A stretch of DNA of 64,000 nucleotides, from the sequence record SRR20825006_2619; one strand, given 5' to 3'. The stretch's first letter is position 1; each line of letters opens with the position of its first letter. The position numbers and the translations under genes were made by a program. Below, piece by piece: positions 55,701 to 64,000 of the stretch. The notes under the pieces were generated by a model. It did not search any database, was not told where the DNA came from, and was given only the letters and a program-made list of their open reading frames with translations.

Positions 55701-56084
55701 TTCGACAATGGCTTGCGTTCGATCAGTGCCGGGTTCCGCACTAGTCGACCTGGTCTGGGGGATTTGTATGTTGGCGTGCTGTCGATGGAAGGTCCGATTA
55801 GCAGCACGGTTCTGCGAACCAGTTTGGATTACCGTCTGAATCACAAATGGATCGTTTCAGCCGGAAACGTGTATGACTTTGGTGAGACTGGGAACGTCGG
55901 ACAGACGCTCGGTTTGACCCGTGTCGGCGAATCTTTCTTGGTTCAATTGGCCGCCAACGTGGACGCGGGACGCGACAACACGAGCATTGGTTTCATGGTT
56001 GAACCACGCTTTTTGCCATCAACCCGGCTCGGTCGCTTGGGCGGTCAGTTGATTCCGCCGCCTGGCGTCGAAGGGTTGGAGTGA
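52704..56084 (+). CDS. LptD/OstA-like outer-membrane assembly protein (start uncertain)
   Basis: Signal-like segment ending ASA-QQ, jellyroll-like region (IYLEGDIVFQQG..IYAESMYYN), GVPVLAWP, YLSDRNFLEQYF, long amphipathic beta-strand C-terminal region. Confidence 0.75.
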   Translation: MCGQSAFVGSRQDRAIRFALVCEVVPPAFPARADTRLADRFQPFDTLPRPSRETHSPEARLAAAPCRLNRTALTAWIGAVICVLLSLSPASAQQSVEPSVYEVTDVSQTLQLSGDVVNRWHQGDREFTLVRGNVELKFEGKRYEAASIFVALSGKQKELTASLLMDRVTLGPGQTTTQPIVRTVKLESVPIVRAEQYRGRAEILPAWWAKMGIRPDTPSQVAPPNQLAQPSQLGSGSPSPDSQYIQPVQYLEPVMGEPNLPSGGLVLDPPVVSNQPPPVQSFQPPVMETSPSVTTMPSITGIGGSPFIVAGGTRAISITSRGSNTPADLQYINRPGTNESVAIGRGGITVTVQDVSARLPSGEIMPLGTVSLSANRIVAWMPRLSDVFQGLQDFKSNDGEIYLEGDIVFQQGDRVIYAESMYYNVTREVGMVLDAETITTIPEYAGTVRLKAEVMQQINRGNFTAIDAAVTSSRMGVPRYWLQSNRLELTQRSTVRADPITGQPIADSEPIITSGGNFVYLGGVPVLAWPRFTTPLRKPTFYLTGADVRNDDIFGSQVLLEWDLFQLLGFTNPPDGVETILLTDYLSERGPAVGTRTTYALPSLFGFGGPASGTYDSYIIKDDGLDVLGQGRRDLQPEETYRGRATLQHRHHLPGDWEFIAEVGYLSDRNFLEQYFESEWDQDADHRTGLRFRKYAGSQMLDIAANFQVNDFFMETEELPTIEHYALGGSIFADTLTWSMHNEIGYKHLQVADVPEDPVIAAGTYTLPGELDREGVVTRTRQEISAPINAGPVKVIPFAIGEAAHYGEGANGDDVTRLWGGGGLRLNLPMSRVDPTIQSSLLNIRGLAHKIDWSAEYFYADSDTDIDELPYYDPLDDNAQEEFRRVFTGTLFGGTLPPEFDPRNYAFRQGIQRNVTSPSDTVADDLQQLRLGMKHRFQTKRGLPGRERIVDLFRFDMETILYPKEDRDNFGETLGPTMFDAQYNIGDRFTLLSDGYIDFFDNGLRSISAGFRTSRPGLGDLYVGVLSMEGPISSTVLRTSLDYRLNHKWIVSAGNVYDFGETGNVGQTLGLTRVGESFLVQLAANVDAGRDNTSIGFMVEPRFLPSTRLGRLGGQLIPPPGVEGLE

Positions 56085-56461
56085 TGGCTCCGAAACCGGG
56101 ATCTTGGGCCGCGAAATTTCGTTGTGCCACGCTCGGGGTTTGGTTCGCGTTTGGTGGACAAAGCAGCTTCTGGGTTCATCTGCCAGTCACCGCGGCGGTG
56201 ATCGCCATTGCCGCTTGGCTACATTTGGAGCCGGTTCAATGGGCCGTTTTGATTCTCGCGATCGGCGGCGTGATGACAGCGGAGTTGCTCAACACGTCGA
56301 TTGAGTTGCTGGTCTCGGTTTTGCACCCGCAGCATCACCCACGAATCGGACAGGCACTCGATATCGCAGCGGGGGCTGTTTTGGTGATGAGCCTGGCTGC
56401 TGCAGCCGTCGGATTGATCGTGTTGCTGCCGCCGCTATACGGCCGCTTGTTCGGTGTCTGA
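56084..56461 (+). CDS. dgkA: Prokaryotic diacylglycerol/undecaprenol kinase family
   Basis: TGATG overlap with the upstream gene. KFRCA..G, AELLNTSIE, ALDIAAGAVL, three TM segments. Confidence 0.88.
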   Translation: MAPKPGSWAAKFRCATLGVWFAFGGQSSFWVHLPVTAAVIAIAAWLHLEPVQWAVLILAIGGVMTAELLNTSIELLVSVLHPQHHPRIGQALDIAAGAVLVMSLAAAAVGLIVLLPPLYGRLFGV

Positions 56462-57478
56462 ATCGCTCGTGCTGGCTTCTTCGAGACTCTCTTGGACTTC
56501 GCGGCCGGCGGTCCAGTAAAAGATCGTCCCGATGATCGCCATCACGACTTTGACCAGTTCAAACGCCAAGGCGACCAAGGTTCCTGATGCGTCCGTCGTT
56601 GTCGCGGGAACGATGTGGTACAGCGTTTCGATGGTCACTTCCAAGACACCGACACCGGCGGGAGTCAGCGGCAATGCCGACATCAGCATGCCGATTGGGA
56701 CGATGACAAAGTGTTCGGCCAACGTTGGCGGCAGGTCGTACATCGAGACCGCAATCAGATACATGCTGATCACAAGCAGTCCTTGTACGACAACACTCAT
56801 CACGAGCGACGATGCGAACGCCCAGGGGTGATGATGGAACATCCGTAGCGGCGGGCCGACGTGCTTGATCAGCGAACCGACCATGGGCAGCTTCTCGCCA
56901 CGTTGCAGCAGCGTGTCGACGAACTTGCCGCCGAAGACCAGCATCGCCAGGATGGCCGAGCCGACCGACAGCAACACGATGGTGATGACCTTGATGTCAT
57001 CGATTGTGATGCCATTGAATTCGAACGGGTCTTGTGACTGATGAATCAGCAGGCCACCGGAGACGAGCAACAGCAATCCGTACAAGCCGGCACCCCGGTC
57101 AACGACTACGGAGGCGACGGCGGCAATGCGTTTTCCCGGTGAACGTCTGGCGAGGAACACCGCCTTGAATAGGTCTCCGCCCACGCTGCCGGCCGAGACA
57201 AAACTCAGCAGAAAGCAAATCGAACTCAAACGCATCGCTTCCAATAGGCTGAGCGGGATACCTTGGCAGCGAACCAGAACCCACCAACGAACAAACGAAA
57301 CCAGCAGTGCGCAAATCGCAACCGCGAGCGCACCAACCAACAAAGGCATGTTGATGGATCGGGCCGTCAGGTCATCCCACTGAGCAGGTTCGATGCGGCT
57401 GAGCAGAAACCAAATGATGGCGACTGGAACCGCGAATTTGACCAGGATGATCGCGTAGCGTTGAAAGTGTTCGGGCAT
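56435..57478 (-). CDS. Lysylphosphatidylglycerol synthase TM domain (UPF0104, flippase-like) protein
   Basis: VRWWVL, GSVGGDLFK, SVVVDR..GL, LPLTPAGVGVLE. Confidence 0.85.
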   Translation of the reverse strand: MPEHFQRYAIILVKFAVPVAIIWFLLSRIEPAQWDDLTARSINMPLLVGALAVAICALLVSFVRWWVLVRCQGIPLSLLEAMRLSSICFLLSFVSAGSVGGDLFKAVFLARRSPGKRIAAVASVVVDRGAGLYGLLLLVSGGLLIHQSQDPFEFNGITIDDIKVITIVLLSVGSAILAMLVFGGKFVDTLLQRGEKLPMVGSLIKHVGPPLRMFHHHPWAFASSLVMSVVVQGLLVISMYLIAVSMYDLPPTLAEHFVIVPIGMLMSALPLTPAGVGVLEVTIETLYHIVPATTTDASGTLVALAFELVKVVMAIIGTIFYWTAGREVQESLEEASTSDSDTEQAAV

Positions 57479-57531
57479 GCCGGCAAGAATAATTCGAGGT
57501 GAACGCTTCGGATAGGCGATGCGTTCTCGTT

Positions 57532-59202
57532 TCAGGAATGCCCGGGAGTGTTCTGCAAATCTTGGTCGGAGATCGCTGTTTTCGAAGTCGATGGATGCCT
57601 GTCATCGACTTGATCAGAATCGCCAGTTCCATTTGGAGTTTCGGGGTGATCGGCGACCGCATAGACGGCCAACGCGGTGGTTTTGCCTTCGACCATCTGC
57701 TCGGGCAATGCGGTCGCGGGAAAGGACTCCGGCAACGTCGCTCGCGTGCACTGCGTGATCAGCAGGGAGTGGCCCAGCGGCTTGGTCAGCGATTCGACTC
57801 GCGAGGCGATGTTCACCGTGTCGCCAATCGCGGTGTATTCTTGGCGTTTGGGGGAACCGATGCAGCCCACCACGGCCGGCCCGGTGTTGATGCCAATTCC
57901 AATTGCGAAATCTTCCCAACCGGCATCTTGCATCATGGTTTTCTTGTTCGCCATCGACGCCGCCAGTTCTTGGCCCGCCGCGACTGCTTTGGCGCCGTGA
58001 TCGATGGCACTGCCGCCGACACCGAAGATCGCCATGAAGCCATCGCCCAAGAACTTGTTCACCATGCCGCCATGAGATTCGATGACTTCCACCGCTTCTT
58101 GGAAAAACACGTTCAGTGCTTGAACGACTTGCGTCGGTGAGAGCTTGGATGATTGACGCGTGAAGTTGCGGACGTCGACGAACATCACCGAGATGACTTG
58201 TTCGCTGCCGTTGAGGCCATCGCTTTGGTTCATGATCTGTTTGGCGGCCTCACGACCGACATGACGACCAAATGTTTCCTGCAGTTTCTGGCGATGCTGC
58301 AATCCGTCGACCATCCGGTTGAATCGTTCGATCAAGTGCCCAAAGTCGTCGCTGCGAAGAAGCTTCACGCGGACGTCCAGGTTCCCTCGAGCGACGCTGG
58401 ATGCCGCGCGTTGCAACTGCATCACCGGAGCGGTGACCCATCGGCCGAGCATCCAACTGGTGATCAGCCCAAACGCGATCGCAACAATTCCGACGGTGAC
58501 GCCAAACATTGGTGACAAGTTGGCTGCGTCGGGCACGATCAACAGCATCACCAACGAGATCACGGGACAGACAACCGCGGAGAAAGCCCACAGGATTCCG
58601 CGGGCCCGAATGCTGAGCGGAACCGCACCGGGAACGTTGGCTGGATTGCTGTCTTGGAAGAAGACGGGAAATAGTGTGGCTTGTGCGGTGAGTTCGACGG
58701 CGAAAAAACTCTGCGTGACCGCGATCAGGGACGCGATCACAAACGAGGTGATCAAGTGCCAAACGACCAACCCAGACAAGGGTTCGCCCGCGGATGCGAT
58801 TGCGAGTGGGAAAATTGGGATGCAGGACAGCCACCCGATCGCGGCGACCAACAAAAACCACCACGGCAAATGAATCACTCGTCGACGTGCGGCGGCGAGG
58901 GTTTCTGGGGCGACTGGTTGATGATCCAAAAGAGCCCGGTGGACTCGACGCAGTTGCCAGAGTGGAACGACGTAACAGGCGATCGCCACCGGATACACGA
59001 ACAGGTTAAAAACCTGCCAGCAGGCATGAAATCGGTCCATTTGAGCCGGCGACAGCAGCGGCTGAATCTGCGTTTGGTTGTAGAGAATGTTGAAGACGCT
59101 GCCGATCACATTCGCGACGATCGGCGAGACCCCGACGAGAAACATCGCGTGACGTTGAGCCCAGGTCCAGCGGCGAGGCGATTCGGCGGGTGGCGGCGGC
59201 AT
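57532..59202 (-). CDS. Membrane-bound class III adenylate cyclase with HAMP domain
   Basis: About six TM segments, HAMP (PV..L...GNLDVRV...DDFGHL..FNRM), FVDVRNFT, KFLGDG, GIGINTG, YTAIGDTVNIASRVE. Confidence 0.92.
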   Translation of the reverse strand: MPPPPAESPRRWTWAQRHAMFLVGVSPIVANVIGSVFNILYNQTQIQPLLSPAQMDRFHACWQVFNLFVYPVAIACYVVPLWQLRRVHRALLDHQPVAPETLAAARRRVIHLPWWFLLVAAIGWLSCIPIFPLAIASAGEPLSGLVVWHLITSFVIASLIAVTQSFFAVELTAQATLFPVFFQDSNPANVPGAVPLSIRARGILWAFSAVVCPVISLVMLLIVPDAANLSPMFGVTVGIVAIAFGLITSWMLGRWVTAPVMQLQRAASSVARGNLDVRVKLLRSDDFGHLIERFNRMVDGLQHRQKLQETFGRHVGREAAKQIMNQSDGLNGSEQVISVMFVDVRNFTRQSSKLSPTQVVQALNVFFQEAVEVIESHGGMVNKFLGDGFMAIFGVGGSAIDHGAKAVAAGQELAASMANKKTMMQDAGWEDFAIGIGINTGPAVVGCIGSPKRQEYTAIGDTVNIASRVESLTKPLGHSLLITQCTRATLPESFPATALPEQMVEGKTTALAVYAVADHPETPNGTGDSDQVDDRHPSTSKTAISDQDLQNTPGHS

Positions 59203-59374
59203 CGGGCGTTTCAACGCGAAATGGACGGGCAATCTGAGCGGGTTGCTGGTGGACGTCGGCAGTGTAGCGTTTCTTTGCCAGCCCCTCATAATTGGGTGCA
59301 TGAATTGCTATGGTGGAGATCCTGAGATCGAATCCAATCGATTTCCTATCATTCGTCCTTCCACGAGGTGCTCC

Positions 59375-59974
59375 ATGTCCGTTTTGAATCGGTGTGTTCT
59401 CAATCGTTGTGTCGTCACTTTGGCCCTGCCAGCGTTCCTGTTCGTCGCCGTCGCATGTCAAACCAACGTTCAAGCTCAAGACGCCGCCACGGCGAAACCT
59501 GTCACGGTGGATGTCTTCGGTGCGGGATCATTGAAAGTGCCCGAATCGTTTAAGAAAACGACCCCTCGCAGCCGGATCATCGAGCACGAATTCGCGGTCA
59601 AAGAAGGTGAAGGCGACGATGCACCGTCAGCTCGCATCACGATGATGGCAGCGGGTGGAGACGTCAAAACCAACCTGGATCGATGGAAGAATCAATTCAG
59701 CGGCTCGAACAAGAAAGTCGCTGAGACCGAAGTGAAGAAGGAAGGTGATTGGGAAACGCACGTGATCGAAGTTTCGGGCACCTTCACCGAAACCATGGGC
59801 GGCGGACCGTTCTCTAGCGGACGAAAGGTCCAACGCGAAAATTACAAGATGATGGGGGCGATCTTGGTGCACCCAGACAGTCGCAAGTTCTTCGTGAAGA
59901 TGTATGGCCCGATCGCTTTGATCGAATCGAACCGCGATCTTTTTAAGGAAATGATTGCTTCGATTGACGAGTGA
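59375..59974 (+). CDS. Secreted hypothetical protein (planctomycete-type)
   Basis: GAGGTG SD, signal peptide ending VQA-QD, GGDVKTNLDRWKNQF...FFVKMYGP. Confidence 0.8.
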   Translation: MSVLNRCVLNRCVVTLALPAFLFVAVACQTNVQAQDAATAKPVTVDVFGAGSLKVPESFKKTTPRSRIIEHEFAVKEGEGDDAPSARITMMAAGGDVKTNLDRWKNQFSGSNKKVAETEVKKEGDWETHVIEVSGTFTETMGGGPFSSGRKVQRENYKMMGAILVHPDSRKFFVKMYGPIALIESNRDLFKEMIASIDE

Positions 59975-60064
59975 AAACGTTTGACTTGACGTGTCGTTCT
60001 TGATCGCAGCGACACTTTTGAAACACCCCGGCTCTTTTGGTCGTTCCTTTCGGACATTGATCCT

Positions 60065-61573
60065 TTGAACACGCAAAGTTTTTTGGAACATCACGGCATC
60101 GCTCGCAACCCGTTCGCGGAGGAGGATGCGCAGACCGACCCTGTGTTCAAGCAGCACTGCATTCAGAATGCGTACCACCCTGCTTGGGACAAGGTGTATG
60201 GGGACCCAACCGAGCCTGCGACGGCGATCATCTTTGGGCCTAAGGGCAGCGGTAAAACCGCGATGCGATTGCAGGTCGATCGGCATTTGGTGCATTTCAA
60301 CGCCCAGAACCCGGACGGCCGCGTCTACATCATTCGATATGACGACTTCAATCCGTTCCTGGATCACTTCTGTGAACGATTGGGGCGTCGTGCATCTCGC
60401 AAGCCTGAGAAAGCTCTCGATGCGTGGCGTTTGTGGGATCACATGGATGCGATCTTGTGTCTAGGCGTGACCGAACTGGTCGACCAGGTGTTGCTGGAAA
60501 GCGATTCGCATCGTCCAAAAGCTGACAATGGCAATCGAATCGACACGGCCAAACTCTCCAAGCTCGATCGCAACGACGCTCGTGATTTGCTGCTGCTGGC
60601 GGCTTCCTACGATCAGTCGACCTCATCGACGTTTTCAGGCCGATTTGAGCAATTACGTAAACGGCTGGGGTACGCAAACTGGACCGCATCACTGGATTTC
60701 TGGTTTGCAATTGTTTGGTGTGTGTTGGTGGTGGGTGTATTCGGTTGGCTGTTTTGGAACTCCGCAGATGAAGAGGGCGTGCGGACCTGGAATTTGCTCT
60801 GGTTCATCCCAGTGCTGTGCTTCTTTGGCAAACTGCCGTATCTGATTCGGTGGTGCCGCAATCAGTTCGCCGCGATGGGAATCCATCGCCACATGCGGGT
60901 TGGCAAGCGAGAGACATCTTCGGTTCGCAAGGTGCTGATGCAGTTCCCGGCGAAGGAACTCGCCAGCCAGCCACTGCCTCGTTATGACCGAACCGACGAC
61001 CGCTATGAACTACTTCGGAAGTTTCAATCGCTGCTGGGGCGATTGGGATTTGACGGGGTGATCGTTTTGATGGACCGGGTCGATGAGCCTCACATGACGG
61101 GTGGAAAGCCCGAGCTGATGCGCCGTTTTGTTTGGCCTTTGCTGGATAACAAATTGCTGAAGCACCCCGGATTGGGGTTCAAGTTGATGTTGCCCGAAGA
61201 GCTCTACCGCGACACTGAACGCGAAACTCGTGAGTTTCATGAGCGAGCGAGGTTGGATAAGCAGAACGTCATTCCCGCTTTCTCTTGGACGGGCGAATCG
61301 CTGTACGACCTGACGCGTTCACGGATGAATGCCTGTGCGGCGGAGGGCAAGCATCCCGATCCCAAGGAATTGTTCGACGATTCGTTGTCGTATGAGCGGA
61401 TGTTGACGGCGTTTGAGTCATTGCGAGTGCCCCGGCATTTGTTCCGATTTCTGTACCGGGTGTTGGTGGAACACTGCAATCAATTCACTGATGCGGCTCC
61501 GAAGTACAAGATCGACGCATCCACGTTCGAAACTTCCTTGGCGGTTTACGTTCGCGAGATGGAACGGGTATGA
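60065..61573 (+). CDS. P-loop NTPase with two inserted TM helices
   Basis: Walker A GPKGSGKT, Walker B VIVLMDRVDE, hydrophobic pair FWFAIVWCVLVVGVFGWLFW / WNLLWFIPVLCFF between them. Confidence 0.8.
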   Translation: MNTQSFLEHHGIARNPFAEEDAQTDPVFKQHCIQNAYHPAWDKVYGDPTEPATAIIFGPKGSGKTAMRLQVDRHLVHFNAQNPDGRVYIIRYDDFNPFLDHFCERLGRRASRKPEKALDAWRLWDHMDAILCLGVTELVDQVLLESDSHRPKADNGNRIDTAKLSKLDRNDARDLLLLAASYDQSTSSTFSGRFEQLRKRLGYANWTASLDFWFAIVWCVLVVGVFGWLFWNSADEEGVRTWNLLWFIPVLCFFGKLPYLIRWCRNQFAAMGIHRHMRVGKRETSSVRKVLMQFPAKELASQPLPRYDRTDDRYELLRKFQSLLGRLGFDGVIVLMDRVDEPHMTGGKPELMRRFVWPLLDNKLLKHPGLGFKLMLPEELYRDTERETREFHERARLDKQNVIPAFSWTGESLYDLTRSRMNACAAEGKHPDPKELFDDSLSYERMLTAFESLRVPRHLFRFLYRVLVEHCNQFTDAAPKYKIDASTFETSLAVYVREMERV

Positions 61574-61789
61574 CGCTGGAATGGGAAAAAAGTTAGAATT
61601 CGGGTCAGTTTCCTAACCGGATTGATCGATACAATCCCTAAAGTCCACCACTTTTTGCTGGCTCTCTCGCCCGTGCGGTTGCTTACCGGCAAATTCTCAA
61701 CCTCTTTTCGATTCGACCGAGCTTTCAACTGCCCTTAAGGCAGGCTGGGTCGACCCGCTTGAACGTCCCGAAAGGGCGATTTCGCATCC

Positions 61790-63673
61790 ATGACCACTTC
61801 TACGCCGACGACCAATAAAAAAATCGAATCCGTACCGGGGATCACTGTTCGCTTGTGCGGTGACTCGGGCGACGGAATGCAGCTTTTGGGCACGCAGTTG
61901 ACCAACACTTCGGCGTTGGCAGGCAACGACGTGGCTACTTTCCCCGATTTCCCCGCTGAAATTCGTGCCCCACGTGGCACCCGGGCCGGGGTTTCTGGGT
62001 TCCAGGTTCAATTCGCGAGCGAGGCGATCTTCACGCCCGGCGACACCTTGGACGCGTTGGTGGTGATGAACCCCGCGGCTATGGTCACCAACATTGGCGA
62101 CCTTCGCAAAGGCGGAATCCTGATCGCCAACGAAGATGGATTCAACGAGAAGGAATACAAGCTCGCCAAGGTTGAGAGCAATCCGCTCGAAGCCGACGTG
62201 ATTGACCAGTCCTATCGAGTCGTGAAGGTCGCGATGACCAAACTGACTCGCGCGGCCGTCGCGGAGCACGGTCTTTCGACCAAGATCGCCGATCGTTGCA
62301 AGAACTTCTTCGCAATGGGATTGGTGTACTGGTTGTTTGGTCGATCGCTCGATCCAACGCTTCGTTTCATCGAAGCCAAATTTGGTAAGAAGCCAGACGT
62401 TGCCGCGGCCAACGTTGCGGCGCTTCGTGCCGGTTGGGCGTATGGCGAAACGACGGAAGAATTCAGCGAAAGCTATCAAGTCGAAGCCGCGGAATTGGAA
62501 CCGGGCACTTATCGCAACATCATGGGCAACCAAGCCCTTGCGTGGGGATTGATTGCTGCATCAAAGATCAGCAACAAAGAGATGTTCTACGGAACGTATC
62601 CCATCACGCCCGCCTCGGACATTTTGCACGAGCTGACCAAGTTCAAGAACTTTGGCGTTCGCACATTCCAAGCCGAAGACGAAATCGCCGCGATCGGAGC
62701 AACCATCGGAGCGGCATTTGGCGGCACGATGGCGGTTACCGCCAGCAGTGGTCCCGGCATCGCTTTGAAGGGTGAAGCGATGGGATTGGGCGTGATGTTG
62801 GAATTGCCAATGATCGTGATCAACGTTCAACGCGGTGGACCCAGTACCGGATTGCCGACCAAGACCGAGCAGAGCGATTTGTTGCAAGTCATGTTCGGCC
62901 GCAACGGAGAAGCTCCAATGCCGGTCCTGGCACCACGTTCGCCTGGCGATTGTTTCGCAATGGCCGTGGAAGCATGGCGTATCGCGACAGAATGCATGGT
63001 TCCCGTGATGCTGTTGTCGGATGGCTACATTGCCAACGGCAGCGAGCCTTGGAAGATTCCGGACATGGATGAGTTGCCAACGATCAGTTGCAGTCATCCG
63101 GAAGAGCACACCGGCGACGGCCCATTCTTGCCATACGCTCGCAACGAGAACTTGGCACGTCCTTGGGCGATTCCGGGAACGCCTGAGTTGATGCACCGCG
63201 TTGGTGGACTGGAAAAAGAGGACGGCACGGGCAACGTTTCATACGATCCCGCCAATCACCAGCACATGTGTGATACTCGCGCGGCCAAGGTTGCGAAGAT
63301 TGCCGAACGGATTCCAGAGCAAGACGTCAACGGCGAAACGTCGGGCGATGTCTTGGTGGTGTCGTGGGGCGGAACGTATGGCGCATGCCACACGGCGGTC
63401 AATCGTTGTCGCCAAGCCGGTCATTCGGTGTCCCATGCCCACATTCGTTACGTCAATCCGTTGCCACGCAACATCGGAACTTTGCTGAAGTCGTTCAAAA
63501 CGGTCGTTGTGCCGGAACTGAACTCGGGCCAACTGCGAATGCTGCTTCGTGCCGAGTATCTCGTGGACTGCATTGGGATCAACAAAATCCAAGGCAAACC
63601 GTTTGCTGTTTCCGAATTGGTGGAAGCCATCAGCAAACACACTTCGACGCATTCGCAAAGCAAAGCGGGTTAG
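61790..63673 (+). CDS. korA: 2-oxoacid:ferredoxin oxidoreductase alpha subunit (gamma-alpha fusion)
   Basis: GDSGDGMQ, PAEIRAP, YPITPAS, QAEDEIAA, SGPG, QRGGPSTGLPTKTEQSD, ELNSGQL. Confidence 0.95.
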   Translation: MTTSTPTTNKKIESVPGITVRLCGDSGDGMQLLGTQLTNTSALAGNDVATFPDFPAEIRAPRGTRAGVSGFQVQFASEAIFTPGDTLDALVVMNPAAMVTNIGDLRKGGILIANEDGFNEKEYKLAKVESNPLEADVIDQSYRVVKVAMTKLTRAAVAEHGLSTKIADRCKNFFAMGLVYWLFGRSLDPTLRFIEAKFGKKPDVAAANVAALRAGWAYGETTEEFSESYQVEAAELEPGTYRNIMGNQALAWGLIAASKISNKEMFYGTYPITPASDILHELTKFKNFGVRTFQAEDEIAAIGATIGAAFGGTMAVTASSGPGIALKGEAMGLGVMLELPMIVINVQRGGPSTGLPTKTEQSDLLQVMFGRNGEAPMPVLAPRSPGDCFAMAVEAWRIATECMVPVMLLSDGYIANGSEPWKIPDMDELPTISCSHPEEHTGDGPFLPYARNENLARPWAIPGTPELMHRVGGLEKEDGTGNVSYDPANHQHMCDTRAAKVAKIAERIPEQDVNGETSGDVLVVSWGGTYGACHTAVNRCRQAGHSVSHAHIRYVNPLPRNIGTLLKSFKTVVVPELNSGQLRMLLRAEYLVDCIGINKIQGKPFAVSELVEAISKHTSTHSQSKAG

Positions 63674-63746
63674 GCGTTCGCCAATCTGTTCGCTTTCGTC
63701 GTCGTTCAACTTTGCCAAAATCATCCCCACACAATCATACAATCCT

Positions 63747-64000
63747 ATGAATCTTCCTGTCCTCAAGGCCGCTGACTTCGCCTCCGATCAAGACGTTCGC
63801 TGGTGCCCAGGTTGCGGTGACTATTCGATTCTCGCTCAGATGAAAAAGATCCTGCCGGATCTTGGTGTGCCTCGCGAGAAGACAGTGTTCGTCAGCGGCA
63901 TCGGTTGCAGCAGCCGATTTCCGTATTACATGAACACTTATGGAATGCACAGCATCCACGGTCGTGCACCAACATTCGCGACCGGGTTGAAGTCGACCCG
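63747..64000 (+). CDS. korB: 2-oxoacid:ferredoxin oxidoreductase beta subunit (5' part, runs off the window)
   Basis: MNLPVLKAADFASDQDVRWCPGCGDYSIL...VSGIGCSSRFPYY...HSIHGRAP. Confidence 0.93.
   Translation, partial: MNLPVLKAADFASDQDVRWCPGCGDYSILAQMKKILPDLGVPREKTVFVSGIGCSSRFPYYMNTYGMHSIHGRAPTFATGLKST

Noticed and set aside
57438..57452. TTGACC-N5-GATC match to the cysH operator core
   Set aside because: It lies inside a CDS, is explained by the codons for IILVK, and lacks the extended GTA flank. Kept only as a caution about chance matches.

Overview
64 kb of gene-dense chromosome from a planctomycete, most likely Rhodopirellula or a close relative. This is inferred from the YTV-repeat, DUF1592/DUF1552, DUF1549/DUF1501 and PVC-type CxxCH heme proteins, a sulfatase and a planctomycete-type ECF sigma factor. 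Most of the window is core genome: rpsT, cobA/hemD, uvrC, hflX, flagellin, cysH, a MacAB-like ABC exporter, a UAP-type pyrophosphorylase, rlmN, scpB, ruvB, an LptD-like gene, dgkA, an adenylate cyclase and korAB. The first ~4 kb is a patch of small orphan genes. I saw no rRNA, tRNA, CRISPR array, transposase or integrase. Best leads: (1) a cysH + Rrf2 operon whose regulator ends in the CymR-type CysK-docking tail MFYI, with an Rrf2-like operator over its -35 box and similar motifs in two other intergenic regions; (2) a GIY-YIG nuclease with a signal-peptide-like N-terminus and a duplicated helical module; (3) an unannotated 24-aa hydrophobic ORF next to a ~60-nt hairpin; (4) a P-loop NTPase with two TM helices between Walker A and B; (5) a BIME-like cluster of GTAG-type REP palindromes. 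All calls come from reading motifs by eye, with no database searches. Many start codons are best guesses.
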